Below, one piece after another: positions 1 through 21,971 of a stretch of DNA of 64,000 nucleotides. Below the pieces are notes generated by a model. That model was given only the letters and a program-made list of their open reading frames with translations, did not search any database and had not been told where the DNA came from. The stretch comes from Auanema rhodensis (Eukaryota > Animalia > Nematoda): the NCBI GenBank assembly GCA_964057225.1, contig OZ059900.1, positions 5,952,001 through 6,016,000 of the forward strand, read 5' to 3'. The translations under genes and the position numbers were made by a program. Position 1 is the first letter of the stretch, and every line of letters starts with the position of its first letter.

Positions 1-454
1 AAAAAATTATATACAAATTTTTTTATCATTCTGTTAGGTATTTGAGTTATATAAATGAAAATAATGGAAAAAAATGTTTTATTCTTCAATAATACTCAAG
101 TTATAAAGTTTATAGTATAACATAGAGTTAGTTCTAAAATGATATATGAATAGAGAAAAGAAATGGACTTACACAGCTGATGTGATAGGGATTATGTAAT
201 CTTTAGCATTGAAATTGTTGAGAAGAACACAAATTTCGTGTATCATCTTATCAAATTGCATATGAAATAGAATATGTAATGAAGCTTGATAGAGGTAATA
301 ATCGAATAATAATAATAACATCTGCAAGTGTTATCATTTTGTTTCATACAATTGTATTAGTTAAAATAAGAATGGGGGGATAACAATACAACATGTATAG
401 CATTTTCATCAATAAATAGTGAATAAATAGTTTTCGTTTTTATAAATATGCATA

Positions 455-494
455 TGTGTGTGTATGTGTGTGCATGTGTGTGTGTGTGTGTGTG
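455..494. repeat. imperfect (TG)n microsatellite
   Basis: tgtgtgtgtatgtgtgtgcatgtgtgtgtgtg... read directly. Confidence 0.9.
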
Positions 495-2814
495 TTAGTG
501 CGTCGAATGAGGAATAAGAGCTTTAATACAATTTTCTTTCAATTATAACACATAAATGAGCTTGAAATGATTGTCGAATGTTTCGTCTTTCTATCAATGT
601 CCATCACATCATAAATATTATATAGATATATAGATATTTATATATACTATATGTATATATACATATGCATATATACAGATATAGCCATGTGCATTTATAT
701 AATTATATATAGAAAATGTTAATTATGTAAGTAAACACAATAAATAACTTTGTATAATTCCAAGAAATTTATATAACATTTTCGAAAAAAAAAATGTTTC
801 TTGCTATACGTGTGAGCAAAATAATGTTGCATTATCTTTCACTTGAAAAGCGATTCTCCGAAGAAATCTTATAATCATGATTATTTTTTGAACACGAAAA
901 TAATATTAATCAGTAGAAACTAAGGAGCACAAGTAAATATAAATGATTTCAAAAACTATAAATTATTATTTTATATTTTAAACTTCTGAATTACTAATAG
1001 TAATCTGTATCTGAATAAACGAATCAGCATTCTGATTACATGTTTATATTATTTTGAATAATAATTATAAGAATAACTCTATAACATTCTACTAACTCTT
1101 TGTTATTAAAATAATACAAATATAGTTTTCTCAATTTTATATTAAATGATTATAATATGAGTCATCTTATGTTTTTTTATAAATTATTTTCAGATTTTTC
1201 TATGTTGAACCATTGTTGTTTTTTTTTGTTGTTTACACGTGTCTACGTATATGTCTATCTCATCTATTTATTGGCATACTTGTAGTTTGTATTAGCCCCT
1301 CGTCTATCATGAAAATAAAATTTGCTAAACTTCTAACAGGTCGGCCCGCCAAATTACAAACCGTCCTAGCATTTTCTTGACCTTTCTATCCCTTCTCTGT
1401 TTCATTTTTATGAACTATCTTCTTATACCTGCTCTGTTTTCCGTTTGATCTCATCAGACTTACACTATCTCATTGTCTACATGACCCCATGCAATTGCAA
1501 CAACTCATCCGATTGATTTCCGTTAACCGTTCGGCATTACACCCACCCTGTCTTATAGTCAGGATAAGTTTGACCTCTAAAAAGGACATTGCCGTCTTCT
1601 TTTCAATTAGATTTATCGAATCTCAAGTTTCGAAATAATATATGTCTTTTATGCCTATCGCAGAGAAAATGACCTCTATGTCACAGCAAATGGACACAAT
1701 AATTAAGCCCCACTAGCCTAGTTCCTTAAGACAAATGAGAATATATGAACAATACATACACACCTACAAATAAATATATTGTTATATTAGCATTAAAAAA
1801 ACAAATTAGTTTATTTTCAGTTGAAATTTAAAAAAAAAAAATATTTCTGATGCTTCAGTTTAAAATTTTCTTTTGTACAAACTTTTATTATTATGTGAGC
1901 ATATATCATCATAAACTGTTTTGTAGTTGTAAGTCCCTCTATGAATACACATCTTCATTATAATTTTCAATATGAGACAAGATATTTTCCTCTTGTCTAG
2001 TTTGACTATATACATTTTGCAGACAACATTCTTTCCTCATATCATCTTATTAATATTATGGAATATCTTATCTATCACGTTTTTCTTTTCATCCAATATC
2101 TTCTTGGTGGTCCATATCTTCAAACATTCCGTACATTGCCCGAATGGGTGGTCTAATCCATCACTTTATTTCATAGAGATGTATTTACGTATTCGAGATA
2201 GAAAGACTAATGTATTTCAAAAATGATACAGTGCCTCTCCGACTTTTTTAATCAGATCTATGGACAGTGTGACAAGAATGGTAATAGCATCAACGTGCGC
2301 AGAATAAAATCAATTCAAAACAGCCAATATGATTTTTCTTTAAATTTTCTTTCTTCAATCAAATGACGAATAAGCATGTTTCAAGGAGGTCTCACATTCG
2401 CCAATAAAAAGAAATTTAATTTCGTTGTTGTTGAAAAAGTTAAAAAGGAAGAACAATGATAATACGTCTTTTAATTTTCACATTCTCCCATTTCTTAAAA
2501 AGATAGACATAAGTGCAACATTTCAAGGATGAAATTATTTTAACATCATACAATCCAACGAACAAGAATTGTCTGGCTGTAATAGTCATATTTCATTTAT
2601 CCAGACTTATATGAGTGTATAGGTGTTTGAATGTTCTCTAATACCACCACACATTAGGGAAAAAATCGAAAGTAACCTGCAAACGATGATCTGTTTTTTT
2701 CATTCAAAAATATGTGATCAATTCTACTATGGATATATGATTATAGGCAATACAATCATTCCAAGCTGAATGAATTTAATTAGGTAGCAGGTGCAACCTT
2801 ACTTAGCGATACAT

Positions 2815-2828
2815 GTTACTATGACTAC
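2815..2828 (-). promoter_or_regulatory. X-box (RFX/DAF-19 site)
   Basis: Minus strand reads GTAGTCATAGTAAC, matching the nematode X-box consensus GTHNYY-AT-RRNAAC. It lies ~155 bp upstream of the ATG of a TMEM237-like gene. Confidence 0.65.
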
Positions 2829-2982
2829 CATAGCTTTCTTCTCAATCGATTTCGTGCACACTTATCCATATAAGCTCAATACGATTTCATCACCGAAGTA
2901 CTACTATTCCACACATCATTAGGTACACCTTATTATAATATAAAAGATGATTTTTAACAATTTTTTACAGACATTGACTATA

Positions 2983-4706
2983 ATGTATACAAATGAGGCT
3001 GACACTAATTCAAATGAGGAGCCAGAAATGAAGAATACAAGAAGGCATCATGTGAGGTTAGATTTTTTTCCAAATTTTCATTTAATCAAAGAAAAATACA
3101 TTATTTACTCTAAACTATATTGCTATTCAATTATTTTATAGTCAACGTGCTCAACAACAACAACAACAGTCAAACCAATTCGATTCTATTTTTGAAAAAG
3201 AACACACTTACAAAGAATTATTACAAGTTTGTCTTAGACTTTTATTGTATTTTTTAATTTTAAAACTTAATCGATTTATCTGAACAACAGTCAAAACACA
3301 TAGTATTTTCAGGCAGTTATTGCACAGGGTCACATTACGGAAAGTTTGCCGCATACTAACCGTATATACGTAGAGAACAAAGGTTACCTTGAACCATTTT
3401 AGAATTGAAATTATTTTACTTTTAGATGACGGAAATTTCAAAATAATGAGAAAATCGAAATTTGCAAATAACAATAATATGAAATTAAGAGCAGATCCAA
3501 GCCAAATACCTATACAGGATTATAGGTATTTACAGAAAGCATTTACAAACATATCATTCATAGTGCAAGGTTAGTGTTCAGAGAACACACATTAGAATTT
3601 TGAGTGCTTTTGAAGGTCTATTGGCTGGTCTTCTGCTTGGAGATGCTTTATACACTTTCACTTTTGAAAATGAAGTAAGTTTTGTACCTTTTGGTGTTGT
3701 AATTAAGACAAGTAAACAAAATGGGAACAGATGATGATGAACACAAATGTCGAACTATTTGTGTTCATTCAGATTATTTTTTATTTGAAAACATGCCTTA
3801 TCTATCATTTTATATAATGTTGCCATTCGGTTTAGACTGTGCTAATCAAAAATCAATTCATTAGCTTGCCAATTCATGCTGCTATGTGTCTTGGATGTAC
3901 AATTGCTTGTATATCAGTTCTAGATGAGTGAGTGATTTATTTCCTTTTTTTATATAAAAAATTAGCATATCTATACATCTTGTATATAATATTATTGATA
4001 CATAACGTCCTCATTCTCTCATTTTATGTGTCATAACTGATTTTTTGATTTTAATGAAATAATAGATGACGATTGACATATAAAATGTTATATAAACGTC
4101 ATAAATCTCGTAATATATCTGAGTTGCACATATCTTACTAATGGCAATGCTGCCATGACATTTCTTGATCAGTTAAAATACAACCGAGGTTATATACATG
4201 ACGTAATAGGCCACCAGTTCTCATCTCAGTGGTTTACTATCTGATTTGAGCTAGCGATATGACTCATCGGTCTCTCAGCTCTGATCTCATGAATTTCAAG
4301 GTTATAGATTGTCCGACTTGAAGATAACATTCTCTAATCAAGCTAAGCGAGAACGAGCAGTAGTAGCTTTGGCATTATGGATAGTTGCATTGACTACATC
4401 AGCATTATCGATTCCAACAGATGAATTACTATCTCCAATGGTGAATTTTCATTAATTTTTCAAAAAAAAAAGAGGAACAGAACAGGAATTCTAATTAAAA
4501 ATACTTTTTTTTGCATTCAATGAACACCAAGTTGAACATTTTAATCAAATTTTTTAAAGACTGTCGATTCGTTGACCGAGGAACAACTCCTTTATCGGAA
4601 ACTATTATGTCTGACAAGATCTCTGTCTGCTCTGGGTGCGTGGGTATTTATCACATACGGAATAGAGTTGAGACGACCTAAAAACGAAGTCGGGTATGTG
4701 TATTAA
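2983..4706 (+). CDS. jbts-14: TMEM237/JBTS-14-like ciliary transition-zone membrane protein (spliced, ~7 exons)
   Basis: Manual splicing gives MYTNEADTN...YLQKAFTNISFIVQGLLAGLLLGDALYTF...LPIHAAMCLGCTIACISVLDELSDLK...AVVALALWIVALTTSALSIPTDELLSPM...LLCLTRSLSALGAWVFITYG...VY*. The four TM segments and motif order resemble TMEM237 (AF..I..F.HGFLAG, P...L...S.ISAFD, W.F.SY), recalled from memory. An upstream X-box agrees. Confidence 0.7.
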
Positions 4707-7700
4707 GTTGCGAACATTGTACTTCAATCTTTCTCTCGTTTAGCGTCATACCAAATATCAATTGAGTGGAATACTTCGGCTAGCTGAGTTCACCAACATA
4801 AACATTAAAATATTAAAATCTAGTAGTATATCTTAATTAGTGGTACTACCAAACGAATGCATTAAATCATTATCTAGACATATTTGTACTTTTCTTCAAT
4901 CAGAAAGCAAATTCCAGTTAAGAAAAATTTAGGAAAATGTAAGAAAAAGAAAAGTTGAAATAGATTTTGAGGTGAATACCTCAAAAAATTGAAAAGACAG
5001 ATTGAATTTCACCCTTGAAACGAACTTTCAACTATTAATTAATTTTCAATCATTACAAGCGTGTTTTTGTATCCAAAATTTTCTTTCGTTAGCTGCTTTC
5101 TTACATGTTTGTACAAGATGACGTTATAGAAAAACAGGCTGAACTTTGTCATTTTCATCAAAAATCGTATTCAACTGGAAACGATTCCATGACGATGTGA
5201 CAAACGAAACAATTTGTTACTGTTTTTTCTAAGCTCGTATTCTTACTTATACGATTCATCAATCTTCTTTTTCATCAGACTACTATTACTCCTGTTTTTC
5301 AATTTTCTGTTCACCCATTTCAGTCTTTTCGTTGTCTTGCTTTAACACTCATTGAATAAAATATCTTTCTTGATGTCTTCATTTCCTTTTATCTTTGCTA
5401 TCTCATTCTTTTAATACGTCAATAGAGTATATCATCTGAGAGAATTGTTCATAAGGTCGCAACAAAATTGAAACTTTGTTAAGAAAAAGGATGAGAAGAA
5501 ACAATATGTGCAAAATGGAATATTCGAAAGCAGAAAATTATAATGTATCTTGTCATCATCACTCTTGAAATGTGAATAAATCAGCAAAATGATATAAACA
5601 TCAATGCTAACCTGTTTAATTGGCCTTTTACAAGAAATTATTTTCGAGTTGTGTTGAAGAAATTAAGGAAAAAAATAATATTTATACTATCTTTAGCTAT
5701 GCGCGTGGGTCACATACATTTTCTCATGTTCTTTTAAAAAGTACAGAAACACCACAATTGCGTACAGTTTTTCTGTATTTGTATTAGTTTTTACTTTTTT
5801 TACGACTAAATATTTTTGAAAAAACATAGGCTCTTCTGTCCTTTTCACAGTTTTTTTTCTGTAAAAAAGAAATGACGAGATTTGAAGAAACCGGAATTTG
5901 TGTCTGAATGACCCAATTCTCAATTTCTAGAAAAGAGTATCAATATCTGAAAATTATGCAAAGAATATATGTTTAGTATATGTTAGTTATTTTCTTATTT
6001 ATTATGCACCGCGTTTACGTCATCGTATTCTTAAATAACATACTACTTTTGTGGTAAACAGTTTAAGCAGTTTTGATGGCAATACATGAATGCCATTTAA
6101 CTAATTATCTGCGATAACTGGATATATGAATGTGAAATCATGATTATACTCTTCTTCAGTACTAACAGCAACATGTATATCTGGATTAACGTAAAGGATA
6201 ACAAATGTAATGACAGAGAGAATGAGAGAAAACTAGAAAATTCTAGATAGTCTAACGTGAATAGAGAACTTAGTTCACGCGATGGATAAAGAACATTCAA
6301 TATGAGATGAAAACATGAAAATAAGAGAAAAAGAGATAGAAACAGTTGGAAAAAACTATTTACGTTTTCTTCTGTAATACTCTTTAGCTGATTCTATTTG
6401 TCTATCATTGTCTGCTTTAGCTACCGGTTGAACATTGACCAATTACATTCATCAGATTGAAATTAGCTTCATAATTTTATTGTTTAGTTGTAATGAACCT
6501 GATGACCAGTTATACCAACTAGTCATATTCAGCATTGTCTTGGACTGTCCGCGACATAATACAAGAAAACATGCAGGCGTTCACAAACACGTGAACACGA
6601 CACATATCTGACTTTGAAAATATCTGCGTGGTTAAGTGTCTAACAATCGCACCAAACGGATGTATGGTTGATAACTTCATTAACCATTTTCCTTTTTTTT
6701 CTGCGATTGTTTGCTTTGTTTTTTTTCTCAGTGAACCTTTGATTTTGACTTTTTCTACAGACATCTCTTTACAAACCTTTTATAAAAATTGGTCAATTAA
6801 CTAATAAATATTAAAAACAAATATGTTTCTACTCCCACAGATATTTAATTATATTGCAAAGTAACTATGATACAAAATTCCAAATTAGCATGTTGATTGA
6901 AGAAATTTGAATTCAATGCTCAATATAATAACTGTTTGTTACTTTTACAAATCTTTATATTACCTTATTGTTATTATGTTAACTAAGATTTCAACAATCG
7001 AAATGTGTATTGTCGCACTTGCTATATTTCGATCTTCCACTTTCTTTCCTAAACTTGTCAATTCGAGAGTAAAAGTAGAAATGACATACTTTCGTTATCC
7101 CATTCCCACTCTCTAGTTTTTTTCTCTTTCTATTCATTGTCGTTCTGCAAATGCAGTGTCATTTCATTTTCTAAGATTGGGTTTTTTTTGTTGTGTTGTT
7201 AACAGTTACTGTTCAAATATTCATTAACATTCTTATTTTTTTCATTAACGTGAAATTGTTTGAAGTAATTACAAGACATTCATGAGGAATATAACATGCC
7301 TGAAACGGTCTATGTTGTGTTTCCTCGGAAACGTAAAGTTGTGTTTAAATTTATTAATGAGACCTATTGTGATTGAAGAAAGTATTCCATCCTCTTTAAT
7401 AGACATTCTTGAGATATATCAGCAAAGCATTGGATAATTAGGTTGGTGATGAAGTGTCACGTTTTCGTTCTGATTTTTACGCTTTGTAACTTCCGATTAT
7501 CAATTTCCTGTTTTCAATGTGATTTTAAGAAAATTATCATTATCTATTTTTTTCTCGATCAAGAATTAGTAGTTTGATTAGAAAGTTACTGTGTGAGACG
7601 TGTTAAAGACATATAAGTTCGACTTACAAATTGCGTTTCTACTCTGTGGACTAGGTCAAGAGAAACGACGACAGTTGATGAACGCAATTCTTTTTTTAAT

Positions 7701-8594
7701 CTGATGACTATCTTTTCGGCAAGTAGAGAACCATACTCTTAGATCATGACACTAGCTGCACATGACGACCAATCTCTTCAAATCTACGGCCTTTCTAATC
7801 TTTCCTAATCTGTTTTTTCTCTGGATCTATTCTTTCATCACATCATTTCATCAACTCACTAGGCAAGATTATAAACGAGAGAGAAAGAGACAGGTAGAGC
7901 ATGGGGTCATGGATCGAAAGATCATGAGTAAGTGAGATAGACTGGGTCTCGACGTGGATGCTGACAACGACCTTGAGCACATAGCCCAGCTAGGTACGAA
8001 TCGAGGCCGAGACATAGCTGATGGGAAATAGAGAGAGAACGTGAAGAGACAGCCAGACAACTAGAGAGCAACGGTAGAGAACCTCGATTACGCTCATCGG
8101 CCGCCTACCCACATCATTTGTCCCTCCCCCTTCGGAGTCTTCGTGGTCTGCCCAGACCAATATTGTCGTCTGGTCTTCATCCGAGTGCCGGATCAGTATT
8201 CGGTTTGGTCGCTGCATTCCTCACTTGGTTGAAGCCTCAAGAAGCATCTCAAATCCACTTGTTTTGTTCAAATTCATTTGTGAGTCTTATGCTTATTCTT
8301 CTATATATTCATTCCTGTTTCTTTGCCTTTTTCTAAGATAACTTCTCTAACAGTTTCATATAACTTTTCTGATTCCAACTATCAAATCTGGTAATATCTC
8401 CTGTTTATAACAACACCAGCTATTTCGTTTCATCTTCTTCACTCTAACTTATATTCAATTTTCTTTTCCGTATCTCTTTTTTTCATACTATTTCGCTATC
8501 TCTCTTTTCTCTCATTGTCTCTTTCTCACATTTCACAACAGTCTTTTTTATTTACTCTGTTTCCGTTACTATAATATTTTCACTTACTTTTTCT

Positions 8595-8687
8595 TCTCTC
8601 TCTCTCCTTCTCTTTCTTTCCCACTCTGTCTTTCTCTCTATTTCTCTCTCTTCATTTATTTATTTCTCTCTATCTTTCTCTCTCTCT

Positions 8688-8732
<45 letters not shown>
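8595..8732. repeat. (TC)n microsatellite / polypyrimidine tract
   Basis: Long tctctc run upstream of FASN copy 1. Confidence 0.9.
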
Positions 8733-8733
<1 letters not shown>

Positions 8734-9638
8734 ATACAATCCTTTCCTAGTGATTTTCCAATTTCAACCTCTGTTTCGCTTTTTTCCGTTTAGTCTTTCA
8801 TAACTTCCTTCTATAATCTATCAAACCCACAACGGTCAAACATCTTTTATATCTTTTTTCTTTTATTCTCTATTTTTTGTATCCTAGTTTTTAATTTACT
8901 CGACTGTTCTCATTTTATCTATCTTTTCAACTCTCTTACGCCTTTATTTAAACTCTTGCCTGTTCTCAACTTATCTATATCTGTCCAAATTTCATTTCAA
9001 ATAAAATATGTAAAATCCAACTAGAATGAGTCATCATTTCCAACTCTCATACCTTTCACTCTAAACTTGCTTAACTCTGTTATCTTCATCAAAGGTTCGC
9101 CTCTTTCTGAATCTTAACTACGCCCATGTTTACAATCTCAATCGCATATTCAACCTCCAAACTCTTATACAACTGTTCATCTATGGTTATCGGCAGCGCT
9201 CATCCATCTGTAACAGCCCATGCCGCCGTACCGACGTTTGACATACATATGAGTTTTTTCAAAACGTTCAAAATCTAAAATTCAATCAAAAAAGTATGCA
9301 GTAACATACATGATCACACACCGGATATATGTCATTTTAGTTATTTACAAAGATAACTCAGTTTCTCAAGATATAAAAACTAAAAAACTTTAAAAACTCT
9401 GATCTTATCTGTGGGATCTTTGTTATCTCCTCTACTTCTTTTCTCATAAAGTTAAACGGTATTCAGAATCTCAATTCTCACCATTATATTTGTCTTCTAA
9501 TTTGTCCTTGACAGTTCCAAATGCCCTCCACCCATCCAGCAAGAATTCCAATGTTATTTCTGCTCTATCTTCGTATTTTACATTTTATCGGATTTCAATT
9601 CTTACTCAAGACTTTCATTTAGATTTTCACATCGAACA

Positions 9639-18572
<8,934 letters not shown>

Positions 18573-19359
18573 TTGTTGTTGTAATTTGGAACAATACTAT
18601 TGTCAATTAGCTATTTTTCTATTTAATAATGCAAATTTTAATAATTTAAACCTGAGCTCTGTTGCTTGTTTCATTTCTCATGATTTTCTTGCATTACTGT
18701 GGTGTCATTCGTTTATGTGATTGCTCGTTTAGTACGGAAATTTCTGACTTACTATCTCATTGATTTTATTTGAATAGCTTTTTATATATATATATTTTTT
18801 TTTGTTGATTCGTAAATTATGTTCCAGTTCTTCATAATAATAAAGAAGATTTTTAGGATTTCCTTATTCTTTTTTTAAAAAAATATATTTATATATATAT
18901 ATATCTATATTTTTGGCGATTACTTAATTGAATGTAAACATTCAAAACGAAAATAAGTTGATAATAGCGATCCTGATAGATAGGTTATTGCATCTTGCAA
19001 ACTGCCATCATCCTGAAATTATATTGGTTTTCAAGTAGAGTTTGTTATCATACTTTGTGGTTCTCTACTTTGTTTTCTTCTACTTTCAAATCACTATTCT
19101 TATCTTCTTCTGATGCTGTCCTATAAATATATAGGTTTAACGTTACCGGTTGTGTTTTGTGTTATTTACCCATCGTGTATGTCACTCATATCTAATTGGG
19201 GGATTCTAGAAAAATTCAGTTGAATCGACGGTTGTTATGATAAATATTCAGAAAAACGTACTCTATCGGTGGACGAAGAACATCTTCCTCAGAACCGTCA
19301 CTGATATCGTTGTACTTTGCCTGTGCGCCTGAAAATTGTTTCTTAAGTATCTGCTGTTT

Positions 19360-20505
19360 TCAATCCATTTCATGCGTTTGAACATGTTGGATTAATAAGA
19401 CAAGTTCGCAAATCTCGTTAGTAAACGTAAAATTTGTTTTACCTTCTCGAGGGTCACGTCCTGGTTTTTTCTTAAAGATATCTCTATCGGGGCTAAGATT
19501 GTCAAAACTTAAACAATGATTGAACGAATTAATTTGAACTCTTCTAATTGCTTCACATAAATCATGCGTAGTCGGAAAATCTAAACTATTTGAATGAATT
19601 TCTACTTGCTGAATGTTCCGTGTCAATTTGTGTTGACTGTACACCAGAATTGGTGCATGACAATAAACATTTCTAATGCAAGCAAAAAAAAATTGCTTGT
19701 GGGCTGAAGAGGTGAATGGGTGGTACTTGCCTGAACGCATTAAACGTATTTCGTTTAACTGGTGCAGCCGTTCCTTCAATTGTCTATTCTGCCTTTCATA
19801 CATTCTCAGTAACCTGTAAGAAACATAAAACAAATATTTGCTAAAGAATTGCATTACAATATATTGCTTTTACTATATATCAAACTATAAGCTAGCTATT
19901 GTTTTAATAAATTTACCCAAGATGTTTGCAGTGGTTTTTACACATTGTCGTATCAGGGACTCTATGTTCATCTTTTACTGTGTTTTGCATTACATGCTCT
20001 GCTGTTCTAATCCTATGATTCTTCTTACGCTGCTGCCGACTTAGTGAGTGAGATCGGCTAATAATTTTATAACACATTTTAACTTGCATGAAATGTGAAA
20101 AAGATACCTCTCTTCCTGTGACTCACCAGACTCAGAGTATTCATAAAAGTTTGCTCGCTGAACATAGATTTCAAAAAGAAATTACAAATTATTTACTTGC
20201 CTTACTGCGTGCGTGGGCAGATACAGATCGTGTTTTACCACTTTTATTTCGTATCAATATAGATTTTTCCGCTTGTTTACCTGATGATTGCTCACCATAA
20301 ATAGATATTAAAGTTTTATGAAGTGAGTGCTGCTTACAGATTTCTTTTTTTTCTTAAAAATTTCTGATATAGGGATATAACATATACTTACTATGTGTTT
20401 TGCGTTGGTCATCATCAGTTTTGTTATGATGTGAATGATATTTTTCTTTACTTTTTTTCTTAATATCACTTTCAATTATAGGTAAGGCGGACTTTTGACG
20501 AGCTA
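19360..20505 (-). CDS. Putative spliced orphan gene (basic, coiled-coil segment); boundaries uncertain
   Basis: Minus-strand splice sites (gtaagt donor ~20391, gtaagc ~20337, cttacag ~19815) link open segments such as SALPIIESDIKKKSKEKY..., QSSGKQAEKSILIRNKSGK..., RQQRKKNHRIRTAEH... and LLRMYERQNRQLKERLHQLNEIRL. Start and end not resolved. Confidence 0.4.
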
Positions 20506-20817
20506 AAAGAATAACTTTAGTTGATTATTGAGGTGTTAATACCAACCTTTATTCATTTTTCAACTATTCAAGTAATAATTATTATCTATAAGAATGATGA
20601 AACCATGTGCATCAATTCGTGACGTGTAGCATAAAATATTATTGAATACTAAGCAACGAAGTCTGCTATAAGTATATTGTGTTCAAAGAAGGTACGACTA
20701 CAAATTTAGATTTTAACAAAAAGAAAAGAAAACTGCAAGCGTATTGAATAGATATTAGCCATGTCAAGCATACCCTTCTGACACGCTACCACTTATAGAC
20801 AAGTATTGGCGAGCCTG

Positions 20818-20830
20818 GTTGCTTAGCAAC
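20818..20830. promoter_or_regulatory. Possible RFX X-box variant (GTTGCTTAGCAAC)
   Basis: Near-perfect 13-bp palindrome of RFX type between the divergent minus-strand orphan and the kinase. Confidence 0.4.
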
Positions 20831-21971
20831 GGACATTATTACTTCATTCTGTTTATTCATTTGATACGAAAATGTTTGGAATTCCGAGAAACATTGAAGA
20901 AAAATTTATTAGAATTTCCAACGACTTCAAGTGATTAGTTCTTGCTCACGAAGAAATTACACTTCTTAAATTCCGAATGTTATGAAATTCAGTGAGAATT
21001 TATGCTTTTTTTTTGGATTTTTTTTTCTCAAGTAACAATTGTAAGAAGAGTATAACAAAGGATATGTTTCTTTGAAAAGGGAGAAAAAGTGTAAACCATA
21101 TGTGTCTTTTCCATATGACAAATTATCTTTAAGCTAAGTAGCTCTGAGATGTTTGCTCTCTTCATCCTATCGATTTCAATAACCAAAGACATTCGACTTC
21201 CTCTATCTTCACGTTTTCAATTTATTAGATGAAATGATTACAATTTTTTATTAACTCTAATTTAGCCAGCGTTTATGTTGTTCAAATGAAGATGACGTTC
21301 ATCAGCTTTATTTGAATCTGGAAACTCAAAAGAGTAGTGTAAATAGGAAAAGAGTAAAGTAAACAGAAGTTGTGTAGCATTGACAGATAGCTCGATCTCT
21401 CTCTCCTCTGCCGTTTCACCAATATCTCTAACTTTCCTGGCTTTCTTCACTTTATCATAAGAGCAATTCCGTTTTACTGATCATCTTATGTTCCATCCCA
21501 CCTTCACCTCTCGCTCTGGCGATTTCATCTGAGTGTCTCACCATGCATTTTGTTATCTGTTTTTTACTCGACACAATTGAAAACAATAGCAATTAATGAT
21601 TTTGAGTTCGATGGCTAGACTGCTTCTCGTAATTTATCTTTTAACCCTCATGTTACCTTAACCCCCTTCACTATCCCAGCAAATCCCTCAGTATGTTTTA
21701 AAATATTGTTGTATAGAAAAGCCAATGTTAATGCCGATTTCGCATTCGTCTACTTGTGTAATCTTGCAAGTAAACAACATTGTTTTGTATTTTCATTTTA
21801 CTCAGAAGTTACATAAACGAAATAGTATTACCATGCTTGTTTCATTATTTTTGTAGATTCTTTTCCAATACAATGCCTTTGTTTTTTTACTTTTTAACAC
21901 TTTCTCATTTAGTTTTTTCACCTTCTGCTCCTTTTCGCTTTTGCTGGCAGTCAGAGGAGCGGGCACCAGCC

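Noticed and set aside
4800-7800. ORFs of 60-80 aa in the AT-rich intergenic region
   Set aside because: Low-complexity F/L/I/K composition expected by chance; no splice-consistent model
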